Source: an uncultured bacterium | Lineage (GTDB): Bacteria > Hydrogenedentota > Hydrogenedentia > Hydrogenedentales > JAEUWI01 | Assembly: GCA_963977445.1 (NCBI GenBank) | Contig: CAXBPH010000050.1 | Span: forward strand, 1 to 32,932 | Reading direction: 5' to 3' | DNA length: 32,932 bases | Part shown: positions 1 to 9,692 of the stretch, one piece after another | How positions within the stretch are numbered: position 1 is the stretch's first letter | How the letters are laid out: every line of letters begins with the position of its first letter | Notes under the pieces: model-generated | Seen by the model: the letters and a program-made list of their open reading frames with translations, nothing else | What the model was told of the DNA's origin: nothing | Databases searched by the model: none | Position numbers and translations under genes: made by a program

Positions 1-655
1 CACCTGGGCGCTCCTTATGGCGACGTGCCGACGCCTCACCGAATCTGAGCACTTCCTCCGGTCGGGCAATTGGTCGAGTTGGTCCCCCACGTTTATGCTA
101 GGTGTTGATGTATATGGCAAGACCTTGGGCATTTACGGACTCGGTCGAATCGGCAAAGCCGTCGCACGACGTGCCGCGGCCTTCAACATGCCCGTAATCT
201 ACCACTCCCGCACCAGACTTTCCCCCGAAGAAGAAGGACAACTCGGTGTGCGCTACGTAGACTTCCCCACGCTCCTGGCCGAATCCGATATCCTCTCGCC
301 CCACTGTCCCCTCAACGACGAGACCCACCACCTGTTCGGAAAAAAAGCATTCAAGGCCATGAAGGCCACGGCCGTTTTTATTAATACAACCCGTGGCCCC
401 GTCGTTGATGAATCGGCCCTCGCTCAGGCGCTCCGCAACGGCGAAATCTTTTCCGCAGGCCTCGACGTCTTCGAAAACGAACCCGAAGTCTACAGTGACC
501 TTTTGACCATAGAAAACATCGTGCTCCTCCCTCACATTGGCAGCTCCACCCTGGAAACTCGGGCCGCTATGGCGAATCTGGCCGCAGAAAATATCATCGC
601 AGCACTCTCAGGGCGGGCGCTGCCCACCTGTCTGAATCAGAGCGACCTCAGCTGA
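1..655 (+). CDS. D-isomer-specific 2-hydroxyacid dehydrogenase (glyoxylate/hydroxypyruvate reductase-like), 5'-partial
   Basis: Frame is open from the left edge (TWALLM...). NAD-binding GLGRIG, INTTRG, GLDVFENEP and catalytic LPHIGS motifs. Confidence 0.9.
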   Translation, partial: TWALLMATCRRLTESEHFLRSGNWSSWSPTFMLGVDVYGKTLGIYGLGRIGKAVARRAAAFNMPVIYHSRTRLSPEEEGQLGVRYVDFPTLLAESDILSPHCPLNDETHHLFGKKAFKAMKATAVFINTTRGPVVDESALAQALRNGEIFSAGLDVFENEPEVYSDLLTIENIVLLPHIGSSTLETRAAMANLAAENIIAALSGRALPTCLNQSDLS

Positions 656-805
656 TCCAGAATCGCTCCGCACTTCGTCGGGGTCGACAGTCTGGTTTTA
701 GGACACTTTGTTGTCCCCCGATGTCAACCAACGCTGTTCATTGCGCTCCTACCACTTAAGATCGGCCCTAAGCCCGCAATTTTATCTTAACTATTTTTCG
801 TTTCA

Positions 806-814
806 TGCTATAGT
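806..814 (+). promoter_or_regulatory. putative extended -10 promoter (TG-c-TATAGT) for the binding protein/kinase operon
   Basis: TGcTATAGT at 806-814 follows an AT-rich tract, about 115 bp upstream of ATG 928. An inverted repeat TTAAGAT (756-762) / ATCTTAA (784-790) lies just upstream. Confidence 0.5.
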
Positions 815-927
815 AACGGTGAGTCCCAACGGGAGGCAGCGTATACATGCATGCAGCGATAAAAAGCAACGGGCATGACGCAAAAGGCGTTGCGTTCTGT
901 CATTTTGACGTTCATTGGAGCGTCTCT

Positions 928-2139
928 ATGAACAAGTCTCCCGTGCTGGCATTTACCAGTCTGGTAGTGTTCCTTAGCTGCCTCGCTTGCCTGAAGGCTG
1001 TCTCCGTTGAGTCCGCCCTGCCCTTGCAGTTTGGCATGTCTACCGCACTCACCGGCCCCGCTGCCCAACTCGGCATAAACATGAAAGCCGGTGTCGAGAC
1101 GGCATTTAACGAAGTAAATCTGGCCGGAGGCATTCAAGGCAGACCCTTGAAACTCATCGCCCTTGATGATGGGTACGAGCCAGACAGGACGGTGCCAAAT
1201 ATGCACCAGCTCATCGACAAGGACGAAGTGTTGGCGGTCATCGGAAATGTTGGCACGCCAACCGCTGTCGCCTCCATCCCCATCGCCAACGCAAATAAAA
1301 CGCTACTCTTTGGAACCTATTCTGGTGCCGGTGTCTTGCGACGAACCCCTCCGGATCGCTACGTAATAAACTATCGGGCCAGCTATGCCGAAGAAACCGC
1401 CTACATGGTCGACGGCCTGGTTCGCGAGCTCGGCCTCGACGTTGACGAGATTGCCTTTTTCACCCAACGAGATTCCTACGGCGACGCGGGTTTTGTTGGC
1501 GGCATCGCCGCCATGAAGCGCAATGGTCTGACCGACGAATCGACCATCATACATGCACGATACGAACGAAACACGGAAGCGGTGGAGAACGGCCTCGCGG
1601 ACATACTGGCAGCACGAAAACCCGTTCGGGCGGTCATCATGGTCGGTGCCTATGCGCCTTGTGCAACCTTCATTAAACTGGCCCGACAGTTTGAGCTCGA
1701 TGTGCTCTTCCTCAATGTATCCTTCGTAGGTTCCAAACCACTGGCCGAGACGTTGGGGGCGGATGGAGAAGGTGTAATCATCACTCAGGTCGTACCCCAT
1801 CTCAATTCCGATCTGCCCTGTGTCGTCGACTTTCACCAGGCGTTGGGAACAACCAATTCTACCGATATCGCTACCTATGGCACCCTGGAAGGCTATGTAG
1901 CGGGTCGAATTCTCATCCAGGGACTCAAGCGTATTGAGGGCGCACCATCACGGGAAAATCTGGTCGACGCACTCGAAGCCCTCGGTACATTCGACATTGG
2001 GTTGAACACCCCCCTTCAATTGGGACCACAGGAACACCAGGCATGCCATGTCGTCTGGCCGACGCGTATTCTTCAGGGCAAAGTCGTACCCTTCAGTTGG
2101 GACGATTTTAAGTTAACTGCAACGGACGACAGTAAATAA
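928..2139 (+). CDS. periplasmic substrate-binding protein, type I (LivJ/branched-chain amino acid-binding-like)
   Basis: [40 protein letters not shown] and NYRASYAEE motifs. Hydrophobic signal peptide from ATG 928, with GGAG at 917-920 (the ORF track starts at 847). Confidence 0.88.
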   Translation: MNKSPVLAFTSLVVFLSCLACLKAVSVESALPLQFGMSTALTGPAAQLGINMKAGVETAFNEVNLAGGIQGRPLKLIALDDGYEPDRTVPNMHQLIDKDEVLAVIGNVGTPTAVASIPIANANKTLLFGTYSGAGVLRRTPPDRYVINYRASYAEETAYMVDGLVRELGLDVDEIAFFTQRDSYGDAGFVGGIAAMKRNGLTDESTIIHARYERNTEAVENGLADILAARKPVRAVIMVGAYAPCATFIKLARQFELDVLFLNVSFVGSKPLAETLGADGEGVIITQVVPHLNSDLPCVVDFHQALGTTNSTDIATYGTLEGYVAGRILIQGLKRIEGAPSRENLVDALEALGTFDIGLNTPLQLGPQEHQACHVVWPTRILQGKVVPFSWDDFKLTATDDSK

Positions 2140-2140
2140 C

Positions 2141-4954
2141 ATGCGGCAACACGAACAGACTCAAAAGAGCACGATTTCAAGACTCGTATGGCTTCTTGCT
2201 TGCGTGGGAATCGGTGCTGGTGTATTAACACTAAGCTTGGAATATCGGGCGTTGGAGCGGGTGCGTGTCCAACGGGCGAACACCAAGTCCGCCGAGGCCC
2301 TGGCTTCCACGGCACTGCGGAACCTTCGCATTTCCCGTGAGATTATTTTCGAGGATCTTGAAAACAGATTTCTGGAAAAAACGGGTCCTAAGAACCGCGA
2401 ATGGCACGCACCAGAAACCTTAGTTCCTTTGGTCGAAGATTTCAGCACCCAACTGCTGGAATACAAGAATGAACTCATCTCCTACGACGCACACGTCAAG
2501 GCTATCGCGGAAGGCATCACATTACTTTCAAAGGACTTTGAGAAAATAGGTATCTTCGAAGAACAGCTTACGCAGGCAAAAGATGCCAAAGCGACCGCAT
2601 GGAACGATTGCCAGAAAGCCCTTAATGAACTGCAAACAGAGACCCTGCGCCTGGAAGGGCGACACCGACTTGCGCAAGAGTCATTGCTGCGCCGGTACAG
2701 AAAGGAATCGGGCGATACTGCGGCCACCATTGCGGTCCAATATGTCGAAGGCTTTGGAAAGATCAATGGCCTGCGGACACTCAAGTCAGAGCTCAGTGAT
2801 ATCGCGTTACTTTTCCAGCGCCTGGTCAGTGAAACCAACCGTGATAACCTCGTAAGCTTGAAAGATAATGAGTTGCGTCAGACCCTTGCTCGACTTCAAT
2901 CGGCCACCGGGCTCATCGACCGGGAAATTTCTGAGTCCTTGAAAGCCCACGTAAATACGTTAACAGAAACGGTATTTGGCGAAGGCGCAATGGATGACCT
3001 CGCCCACCAGACCATGGTCGTTGGAAAAAACGGCCTCTTCAAAAGCCAGGAACAGCTATTAGCAATACAGGAACAGGGTCAGGTGCTGCGCCGGGAAGTG
3101 TCCAGTACCATGAACGGCTACCTGGATATTGAACGCAATCTGGACACCTTGCTACGGGACGCCGTTGACGCCGAAGCCCGCCGTGCCGAGGCAGCGATGC
3201 GCTATGCCTGGATGCAGGGTATTGGCACCGGGGGGCTTGTTGCGATAGCGTTTCTCATTCTCACCTGGAAAATAGCCCAACTAGGCAAGAACGCAGAGTC
3301 CCAGCTCCAGGCCAAAAATGAGATGCTGGAAGGCGCGATGAGTCAGCTTCAAGCCGCCATGCTGGACGTGGAAGCGGCGGACCGCGCGAAGAGTGAATTT
3401 CTGGCCAATATGAGCCATGAGATTCGCACGCCCATGAATGGCGTCATAGGAATGACCGGGCTAATGCTCGACACCGATCTGAATCCGGAACAGCGACGGT
3501 TTGCAGAAACGGTTCGAAGCAGCGGTGAAGCACTTCTCAATGTCATTAACGACATTTTGGACTTCTCAAAAATTGAGGCGGGCAAACTCGAAATGGAGCT
3601 CCTCGATTTTGACTTGCAATTGCTCCTCGAAGACTTTACCGAAATGATCGCCCTGCGTGCCCATGAAAAAGAGTTGGAATTCAATTGTGCCGCCGATGGC
3701 GATGTCCCACCACTCCTCCAGGGCGACCCCGGTCGATTACGGCAGATCCTCTTCAATCTCGCGGGCAACGCGCTGAAATTTACCTCGGAAGGCGAAATAT
3801 CGGTCCGAGTCTCTTTGGAATCTGAAAACGACGATTACGCTATTCTCCGATTTTCCGTCCGAGATACGGGTATTGGTATCCCAGAAGACCGACGGGGTAA
3901 TTTGTTTCAGCAATTTACCCAGGTAGATGCCTCCACTACCCGAAAATATGGCGGCACCGGCTTGGGCCTGGCTATTTCCAAACGTTTGACCAAGATGATG
4001 CATGGTCAAATCGGGGTAAACAGCAAGGAAGACGAGGGCTCGGAATTCTGGTTTACCGCCCGCTTCAACAAACAATCCGCATGCAAACTCCCGACAAACT
4101 CTCCCGAGGAGATCCATGGTTCACGCATCCTGATTGTCGATGACAACGAAACAAATCGGGAAATACTTATGGCCCGTCTGACCACGTGGGACTTCATCCC
4201 CGACGAAGCGCACGATGGAAAGGCCGCCCTGGAAAAACTTCATACCTCCACCATGGAAAAACGACCCTACAGCGTCGTCTTGCTGGATATGCAAATGCCC
4301 GAGATGGATGGGGAGACACTGGCGCGCGCCATTCTAGCCAACCCCGCACTTGCCAAAATTCCACTTGTTATGATGACATCGCTCGGTCAGCGTGAGAGCT
4401 CCAATACGGATGATCCGGTACCCTATGCGGCCTATCTGACCAAACCCGTACGTCAGGCTGACTTACTCCAGACCCTCATCAGCGTTTTGAATGCCGAACC
4501 GCGCCCGAGACGACACGCCGAACAGCGAAAAGAACCGACTAAGACTATCGGCAATGGGCAAGCCCGCGTCTTACTGGCCGAGGATAATGTCACCAATCAG
4601 TACGTTGCCATTGGTATACTCAAGAAACTCGGTATTCAGGCCGATGCCGTGGATAATGGTGCCAAGGCCGTGGAAGCCTTAGAGTCGATGGATTACGATT
4701 TGGTTCTTATGGATTGCCAGATGCCAGAAATGGATGGCTACGAAGCCACAGCCCGGATTAGGGATATCCATTCCTCCGTACGGAATCATGATATTCCCAT
4801 CATTGCGCTGACGGCCCACGCCATTCAGGGCTATCGGGAAAAATGTATCGAAGCCGGAATGAACGACTATATGTCCAAACCCATCGCGCCCAAAATCATG
4901 GCGGAAAAAATGGAACTGTGGTTACCCAAGACCCCCAATCGCATAGAAGTGTAA
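2141..4954 (+). CDS. membrane-bound hybrid sensor histidine kinase (2 TM, HisKA, HATPase, two receiver domains)
   Basis: H-box [17 protein letters not shown]-box [16 protein letters not shown] and [12 protein letters not shown]1 (IVDDN..LLDMQMP..TKP) and REC2 (LAEDN..LMDCQMP..SKP). Two hydrophobic segments flank a ~320-aa helical extracytoplasmic region. Confidence 0.95.
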   Translation: MRQHEQTQKSTISRLVWLLACVGIGAGVLTLSLEYRALERVRVQRANTKSAEALASTALRNLRISREIIFEDLENRFLEKTGPKNREWHAPETLVPLVEDFSTQLLEYKNELISYDAHVKAIAEGITLLSKDFEKIGIFEEQLTQAKDAKATAWNDCQKALNELQTETLRLEGRHRLAQESLLRRYRKESGDTAATIAVQYVEGFGKINGLRTLKSELSDIALLFQRLVSETNRDNLVSLKDNELRQTLARLQSATGLIDREISESLKAHVNTLTETVFGEGAMDDLAHQTMVVGKNGLFKSQEQLLAIQEQGQVLRREVSSTMNGYLDIERNLDTLLRDAVDAEARRAEAAMRYAWMQGIGTGGLVAIAFLILTWKIAQLGKNAESQLQAKNEMLEGAMSQLQAAMLDVEAADRAKSEFLANMSHEIRTPMNGVIGMTGLMLDTDLNPEQRRFAETVRSSGEALLNVINDILDFSKIEAGKLEMELLDFDLQLLLEDFTEMIALRAHEKELEFNCAADGDVPPLLQGDPGRLRQILFNLAGNALKFTSEGEISVRVSLESENDDYAILRFSVRDTGIGIPEDRRGNLFQQFTQVDASTTRKYGGTGLGLAISKRLTKMMHGQIGVNSKEDEGSEFWFTARFNKQSACKLPTNSPEEIHGSRILIVDDNETNREILMARLTTWDFIPDEAHDGKAALEKLHTSTMEKRPYSVVLLDMQMPEMDGETLARAILANPALAKIPLVMMTSLGQRESSNTDDPVPYAAYLTKPVRQADLLQTLISVLNAEPRPRRHAEQRKEPTKTIGNGQARVLLAEDNVTNQYVAIGILKKLGIQADAVDNGAKAVEALESMDYDLVLMDCQMPEMDGYEATARIRDIHSSVRNHDIPIIALTAHAIQGYREKCIEAGMNDYMSKPIAPKIMAEKMELWLPKTPNRIEV

Positions 4955-5052
4955 GCACTCGGGGAACTTCCGAATGGGACTTCTTCGGGCCGCGAGCACG
5001 CGTATCAGGCCTCCCCATCCGCACGAACTAGCGCCCTGATCCTCCCATTTTG

Positions 5053-5058
5053 TATAAT
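5053..5058 (+). promoter_or_regulatory. putative -10 box (TATAAT) for purO-purB
   Basis: Consensus TATAAT in the intergenic region, upstream of the GGAG (5091-5094) and ATG 5102. The -35 is weak. Confidence 0.45.
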
Positions 5059-5101
5059 ACGCCCTTCATTTCCCCAAAATCCCCCAAACAGGAGCTTGTC
5101 T

Positions 5102-5752
5102 ATGTATATCGGTCGTATTGTCAGTGTGGTTCAGACCCCCGAAGGTAAACTGGGTGCCGTCTACCGCGTTTCCAGCCGATCCTTCCCAAACCGCACGGCG
5201 GTCCCCGGTGACACCAAGGTTTCTATCGTGCCCAAAGCGGGGCACGAAGGTGACATCCACAAGAATCCCTATATCGCCTACAACTGCGTACAGGTGGTGT
5301 GTGATGGTCAAGTTGCCGTCGTCACCAATGGCTCTCAGACGGACCCGATCGCTGAAAAAATAGCGCAGGGCATGCCCGTCCGCGATGCACTGACCCTGAC
5401 CAGTCTGGCCCTTGATTACGAAAAAGACGACTACAACACGCCACGCGTGAGCGCTGTGGCCGACAAACGGGACAACAGCGCCTGGCTTGCCACGGTACGC
5501 CATGATGGTATCGAAGTTCGTCAGCTTCCGATGAAGCCCGGGACCTTCTACTACGTCGCCACCTACGAAGAGAACTCCATATCGTTGACACAAGGCGGCG
5601 CCTACGATGCAACGACGACAGCCGAAGCCTGCGATTTCATCCTGGGCAAGGGCGTATTCGCAGAACGGACCAATCCCGTCACCGCTGTGGCCGCCCTCGA
5701 CAACGGCAGTGGTTTTGATTTGCAGGCAGTAGATGCTGTCCTTCCAAGCTGA
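5102..5752 (+). CDS. purO: IMP cyclohydrolase, archaeal type (PurO)
   Basis: MYIGR, YRVSSRSFPNR, NPYIAYNC, TNGSQTD, LDYEKDDYNTPR, ATYE and PVTAVAA match the archaeal PurO motifs as I recall them. Adjacent to purB; SD GGAG 7 nt before the ATG. Confidence 0.9.
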   Translation: MYIGRIVSVVQTPEGKLGAVYRVSSRSFPNRTAVPGDTKVSIVPKAGHEGDIHKNPYIAYNCVQVVCDGQVAVVTNGSQTDPIAEKIAQGMPVRDALTLTSLALDYEKDDYNTPRVSAVADKRDNSAWLATVRHDGIEVRQLPMKPGTFYYVATYEENSISLTQGGAYDATTTAEACDFILGKGVFAERTNPVTAVAALDNGSGFDLQAVDAVLPS

Positions 5753-5828
5753 ACGGCTATCAACGTACCCATACGCGTAAATTGAAATGCCCTCTCTCGG
5801 GCACCATGAACCCCCTGAAAGTAACACC

Positions 5829-7259
5829 ATGACCGACGTATATACCTCACCCCTTGTTGAGCGCTTTGCCACCCGCGAGATGGCCGAGATCTGGAGTGCC
5901 CAAAAGAAGTTCTCCACCTGGCGCCGCTGCTGGCTCGCCCTCGCCCAGGCGGAGCAGGAACTCGGTCTGGATATTACGGATGAGCAGATTGCGGAGCTGC
6001 AAGACCATCTGGATGATATCGATTTTGAGAAGGCCAAGGCCTATGAACGTGAAACCCGTCATGATGTGATGGCCCATATTCATGCCTTAGGCGAAATCGC
6101 ACCCAAAGCAAAACCGATTATTCACCTCGGCGCGACAAGCTGCTTCGTCGGCGATAATACGGACCTTATCCAGATCCGGGAATCCCTTGAGATCCTGCTG
6201 ACCAAGGCCGTGGCCGTGCTGGCACGATTGAAAGACTTTGCCCTGAAGTGGAAAGACCTCCCCACCCTCGGCTTTACCCACTATCAGCCGGCCCAGGTTG
6301 TCACGGTCGGTAAGCGGGCCTGTCTCTGGACCCAGGATCTTGCCATGGACGTGGAAGACCTCGAAGACATCCTGGCCCGACTTCGCTGCCGCGGTGTAAA
6401 GGGCACCACAGGCACTCAGGCCTCCTTCATGGCCCTCTTCGATGGCGACTCCGACAAGGTACGACAGCTCGACCAACGCGTGGCTGAACTCCTGGGTTTT
6501 AAGAGCTCCTATGGCGTCACGGGACAGACCTACCCCCGCAAAGTCGATACCCTTGTGCTTCGGGTCCTCGCGGGCATCGGTGAGAGTGTCCACAAATTCG
6601 CTACTGACATGCGCCTTCTTCAGAACCTGAAAGAAGTTGAAGAGCCCTTCGAATCGACCCAGGTAGGCAGCTCTGCCATGGCCTATAAGCGCAATCCCAT
6701 GCGCTGCGAACGGGCATGTGCACTTTCCCGCTTTCTCATCGTCCAGCCCCTGCACAGCCAATTCACCACGGCCACCCAGTGGTTTGAGCGCACCCTCGAC
6801 GACTCGGCCATTCGACGTCTGAGCCTGCCCGAAGCTTTCCTGGCAGCTGATGGGGTATTGAACCTCTATCTCAATGTCATGGAAAACCCCGCTGTTTACC
6901 CCAAAGTAATCGAAAAACACCTTTGGGAAGAGCTCCCCTTCATGGCCACCGAAAACATCATCATGGCGGGCGTCAAGAAAGGTGGAGACCGCCAGGAACT
7001 CCACGAAGTAATTCGCACACACAGCCACGCCGCTGGTGCCGTCGTCAAACAGGAAGGCAAGAGCAATGACCTCCTCGAACGGCTCGCCAAGGACCCGGCC
7101 ATTGACATGACCATGGAAGAGATTCAAGCCAGCCTGAATCTTGTGGAATTCGTTGGTCGTGCACCCATGCAGGTCGTCGAATTTATCGAATCCGAGATTG
7201 ATCCTATTCTTAGTCGAAACCAGGGCCGCACGCAGATCACTTCCGACGTGCGCGTCTAG
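5829..7259 (+). CDS. purB: adenylosuccinate lyase
   Basis: RHDVMAH, IHLGATS, GFTHYQPAQ, KGTTGTQAS and the fumarase-family signature GSSAMAYKRNP. Start taken at ATG 5829 (MTDVYTSPL). Confidence 0.95.
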   Translation: MTDVYTSPLVERFATREMAEIWSAQKKFSTWRRCWLALAQAEQELGLDITDEQIAELQDHLDDIDFEKAKAYERETRHDVMAHIHALGEIAPKAKPIIHLGATSCFVGDNTDLIQIRESLEILLTKAVAVLARLKDFALKWKDLPTLGFTHYQPAQVVTVGKRACLWTQDLAMDVEDLEDILARLRCRGVKGTTGTQASFMALFDGDSDKVRQLDQRVAELLGFKSSYGVTGQTYPRKVDTLVLRVLAGIGESVHKFATDMRLLQNLKEVEEPFESTQVGSSAMAYKRNPMRCERACALSRFLIVQPLHSQFTTATQWFERTLDDSAIRRLSLPEAFLAADGVLNLYLNVMENPAVYPKVIEKHLWEELPFMATENIIMAGVKKGGDRQELHEVIRTHSHAAGAVVKQEGKSNDLLERLAKDPAIDMTMEEIQASLNLVEFVGRAPMQVVEFIESEIDPILSRNQGRTQITSDVRV

Positions 7260-7270
7260 GCAGATAGACC

Positions 7271-8209
7271 GTGAGGAATGCCATCATCTTGAATCCCAGC
7301 GCAGGCAACGGGCGATGCCTGCGCCGCTGGAACAAGCAGCGGGCAACACTTCGCGATATCTATGGCCCCATTAAATATTGCCCCACCCAGGGACCGGGAC
7401 ACGCCACCCGGCTGGCCCGGTCCCTCCTTGAAGATGGCATCGACCACATCATTTCCGGTGGCGGTGATGGCACCCACTTTGAAGTGATCAACGGGTGGTT
7501 TAATGAAGACACCCCCATCAACCCCCTCGCACGTTTGACCGTCCTTCCCATGGGTACGGGCTCCGACCTGGCACGCTCGCTGGGTATTGCGCCGGGGCTT
7601 CGGGGGCTCGAACCCCTTCGATTTGGCCATAGCCTCCAGGCCGATGTAGGCAAGGTAACCTGCCTGTCACCCGAGGACAACGCGCCGACGACCTGTTACT
7701 TCCTTAACATGGGTCGCATCGGCATGGGCGCGGTTGCCTGCCGCTATGTAAACGAGCACAGCAAGACCATGGGGGGACTCTTGTCTTATTTGCGGGCCGT
7801 AATCCTGAGTCTTTGCACCTATCGTGACGCCGCCATCGCTATTTCCATAGACGGACGGCCCATGATTGAGGGACTCACCAAAGATTTTTCTATCGCAAAA
7901 GGGCGTTTTGATGCGGGTGGAATGCTCATGGCCCCCCACGCCCGACTGGACAACGGTTTGTTCGACTGCTACCACATCGGGCCGATCGGCTTTCTGGACG
8001 CCCTTCGGAGCCTCCCAAAGCTCTATGCAGGGCGAATGAGCGAACGGAGGGACGTGGTTAAATATCTCCGGGCCACCCAAATTCATGCCGAATCGACCGA
8101 GCGGGTTGCGATCGAGGTTGACGGTGAGTTTATTGGATATCTGCCGGTTACCGTCTCCCTGTTGCCTGGTGTCCTCCCCCTGACCTGTGTACACGATGCC
8201 CCTCGTTAG
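7271..8209 (+). CDS. diacylglycerol/lipid kinase family protein (YegS/DgkB-like)
   Basis: ILNPSAG, GGGDGT, LPMGTGSDLARSLG, GGM..AP.A..DNG and EVDGE motifs. Confidence 0.9.
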   Translation: MRNAIILNPSAGNGRCLRRWNKQRATLRDIYGPIKYCPTQGPGHATRLARSLLEDGIDHIISGGGDGTHFEVINGWFNEDTPINPLARLTVLPMGTGSDLARSLGIAPGLRGLEPLRFGHSLQADVGKVTCLSPEDNAPTTCYFLNMGRIGMGAVACRYVNEHSKTMGGLLSYLRAVILSLCTYRDAAIAISIDGRPMIEGLTKDFSIAKGRFDAGGMLMAPHARLDNGLFDCYHIGPIGFLDALRSLPKLYAGRMSERRDVVKYLRATQIHAESTERVAIEVDGEFIGYLPVTVSLLPGVLPLTCVHDAPR

Positions 8210-8295
8210 ACCCGGCCATTTGCCATAGAAACGGGCGCACATAGCGTCTATTTTTACCCACGCCACATGCGCCCAATCGAGATTTTCCTGCCGAT

Positions 8296-9300
8296 TTAGA
8301 ATTTCACCTGAACGTCAAAATGTAGATAGTCGGCATCGGCATCGTCTGTACCGCCGACAAATTCAAGACCATTTCTGGCGAAGAAGTTGCCCTGTTCCAA
8401 TCCGTCTCCTGTAAAGAGGTGTTCCCAGATGACGGCAATGGAGAGATCCGAGCTGTATTGGTATTTACTCATCAGGAACGTCGTCCAGCCCAGTGATTCA
8501 TCGTTGGGCTTTGTCCAAACGGCGACAAAGGGAATCACCGGCGTGTCGAAAGGCTCGTCGATTTCGAAGTAGGCCACTTTCAATGCAACAGAGATCTTTT
8601 CGGTCGGCTTCACGCTGACGCCCGTGCGCACCTGCCAGAAATTAGAAAGTTCCTGGTTGATCCCCAGGAGCAAGCTATAGGGCTTCCCCGGAAAAAGTCG
8701 ATTGAAGGAAATACTCGACTCCGTGTCCCGGAGACCACCCAGCAAGCGATCGCCAAAACGATAGTCCCGATTGTCTTCGCCCTCGAAGAAGGCCCCGCCA
8801 AGGTAGACCCGGGGGCTCCAGGCCATATCAATTACGTAGCCCAGTTCCAGGTCGGTGGCGAAGGCGTCAAATTCTGCGTTGTTGTCGCCATACACCATGG
8901 GTGCAAACAGGGCACCGACGCTGTCGGCCTCTCCGAATTGGTAGGCCAGTTCCCAATCATAATCAAAGGCACCAAAGGCACCCCAAACCCGGGTGCCGAC
9001 GGTGTTCAGCCAGGTGGGGTTGTATTCATCAAGGCCCAGATAGTCCTCAAACCACTCGGCCCCGGGGCCGCCATTCGTGTCTACGGCTGTAACGCCATCA
9101 CGAACCAACATCCAATAGGCCGATACGCTGATATTCTCTAAACCGCTATAGGTTCCGTAGACACCATAGAAATCGACGTCGTTGTCACCCGCGCCCGTCT
9201 CCACCAGCTTGCTCAACCAGGCGTCTACGGTAAAATCGCTCTGCTGATAGGTCAGTCGAATCCCATCAAAGGAACGACCGATAATAGCGGACTGCAACAC
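8296..9300 (-). pseudogene. alginate-export-family outer-membrane beta-barrel, 5'-truncated (no signal peptide or N-terminal strands)
   Basis: The ORF begins abruptly at the normally internal GRSFDGIRLTY motif and shows alternating beta-strand patterns with a C-terminal Phe (LHFDVQVKF). In-frame stop at 9304-9306, no SD, no signal peptide. Confidence 0.65.
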
Positions 9301-9656
9301 AGGTCAAAACATGTATTCTATTTAACTCTATACCTGAGTGATAGCACCAATCACGCCAAAACTATCGAATACTTACATCTTTAGTAAATTCTGCCACTTT
9401 ATTGATGTCCCTCAGGTAACGTGAACGTTATCAGGTACCTGAAGGTCATTTTTTTGAAAATTACCTACCTATCCGTATTCTCCCAGTAACACAAATCACC
9501 GGACGTCAATCCTGCCGTACCAGGCACAACACGCTGCCTGTTTGACGGCTTCATAGCTCCCCATGCCGTAGCGCCGGTCCCAAAAATGAGGCAAGCCTTC
9601 CTCGGTTGACAGGTCTCGGAGAAACGTAGCCCCCGTCCCTTAATTGACCGGGTCCG

Positions 9657-9686
9657 TTGCAATTCTTGAGGCCCCTATACTATGCT
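9657..9686 (+). promoter_or_regulatory. putative sigma70 promoter TTGCAA-N18-TATGCT, 6 nt before the GT2 ATG
   Basis: TTGCAA at 9657-9662, TATGCT at 9681-9686, ATG at 9693 with no SD. Confidence 0.5.
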
Positions 9687-9692
9687 CTGACC

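Noticed and set aside
821..927. GACGCAAAAG in the binding-protein leader, reminiscent of a c-di-GMP-I riboswitch
   Set aside because: The GGCAAAC / GNRA-tetraloop stem and the downstream stem are absent; only a short match.
4955..5030. Weak hairpins after the kinase gene, and at 8233-8264 and 15443-15454, as terminators
   Set aside because: Stems are short or imperfect and lack convincing U-tracts.
9465..9662. 65-aa minus-strand ORF as the missing porin N-terminus
   Set aside because: No signal peptide or beta-strand pattern, and it is separated from the porin by stops and AT-rich DNA.
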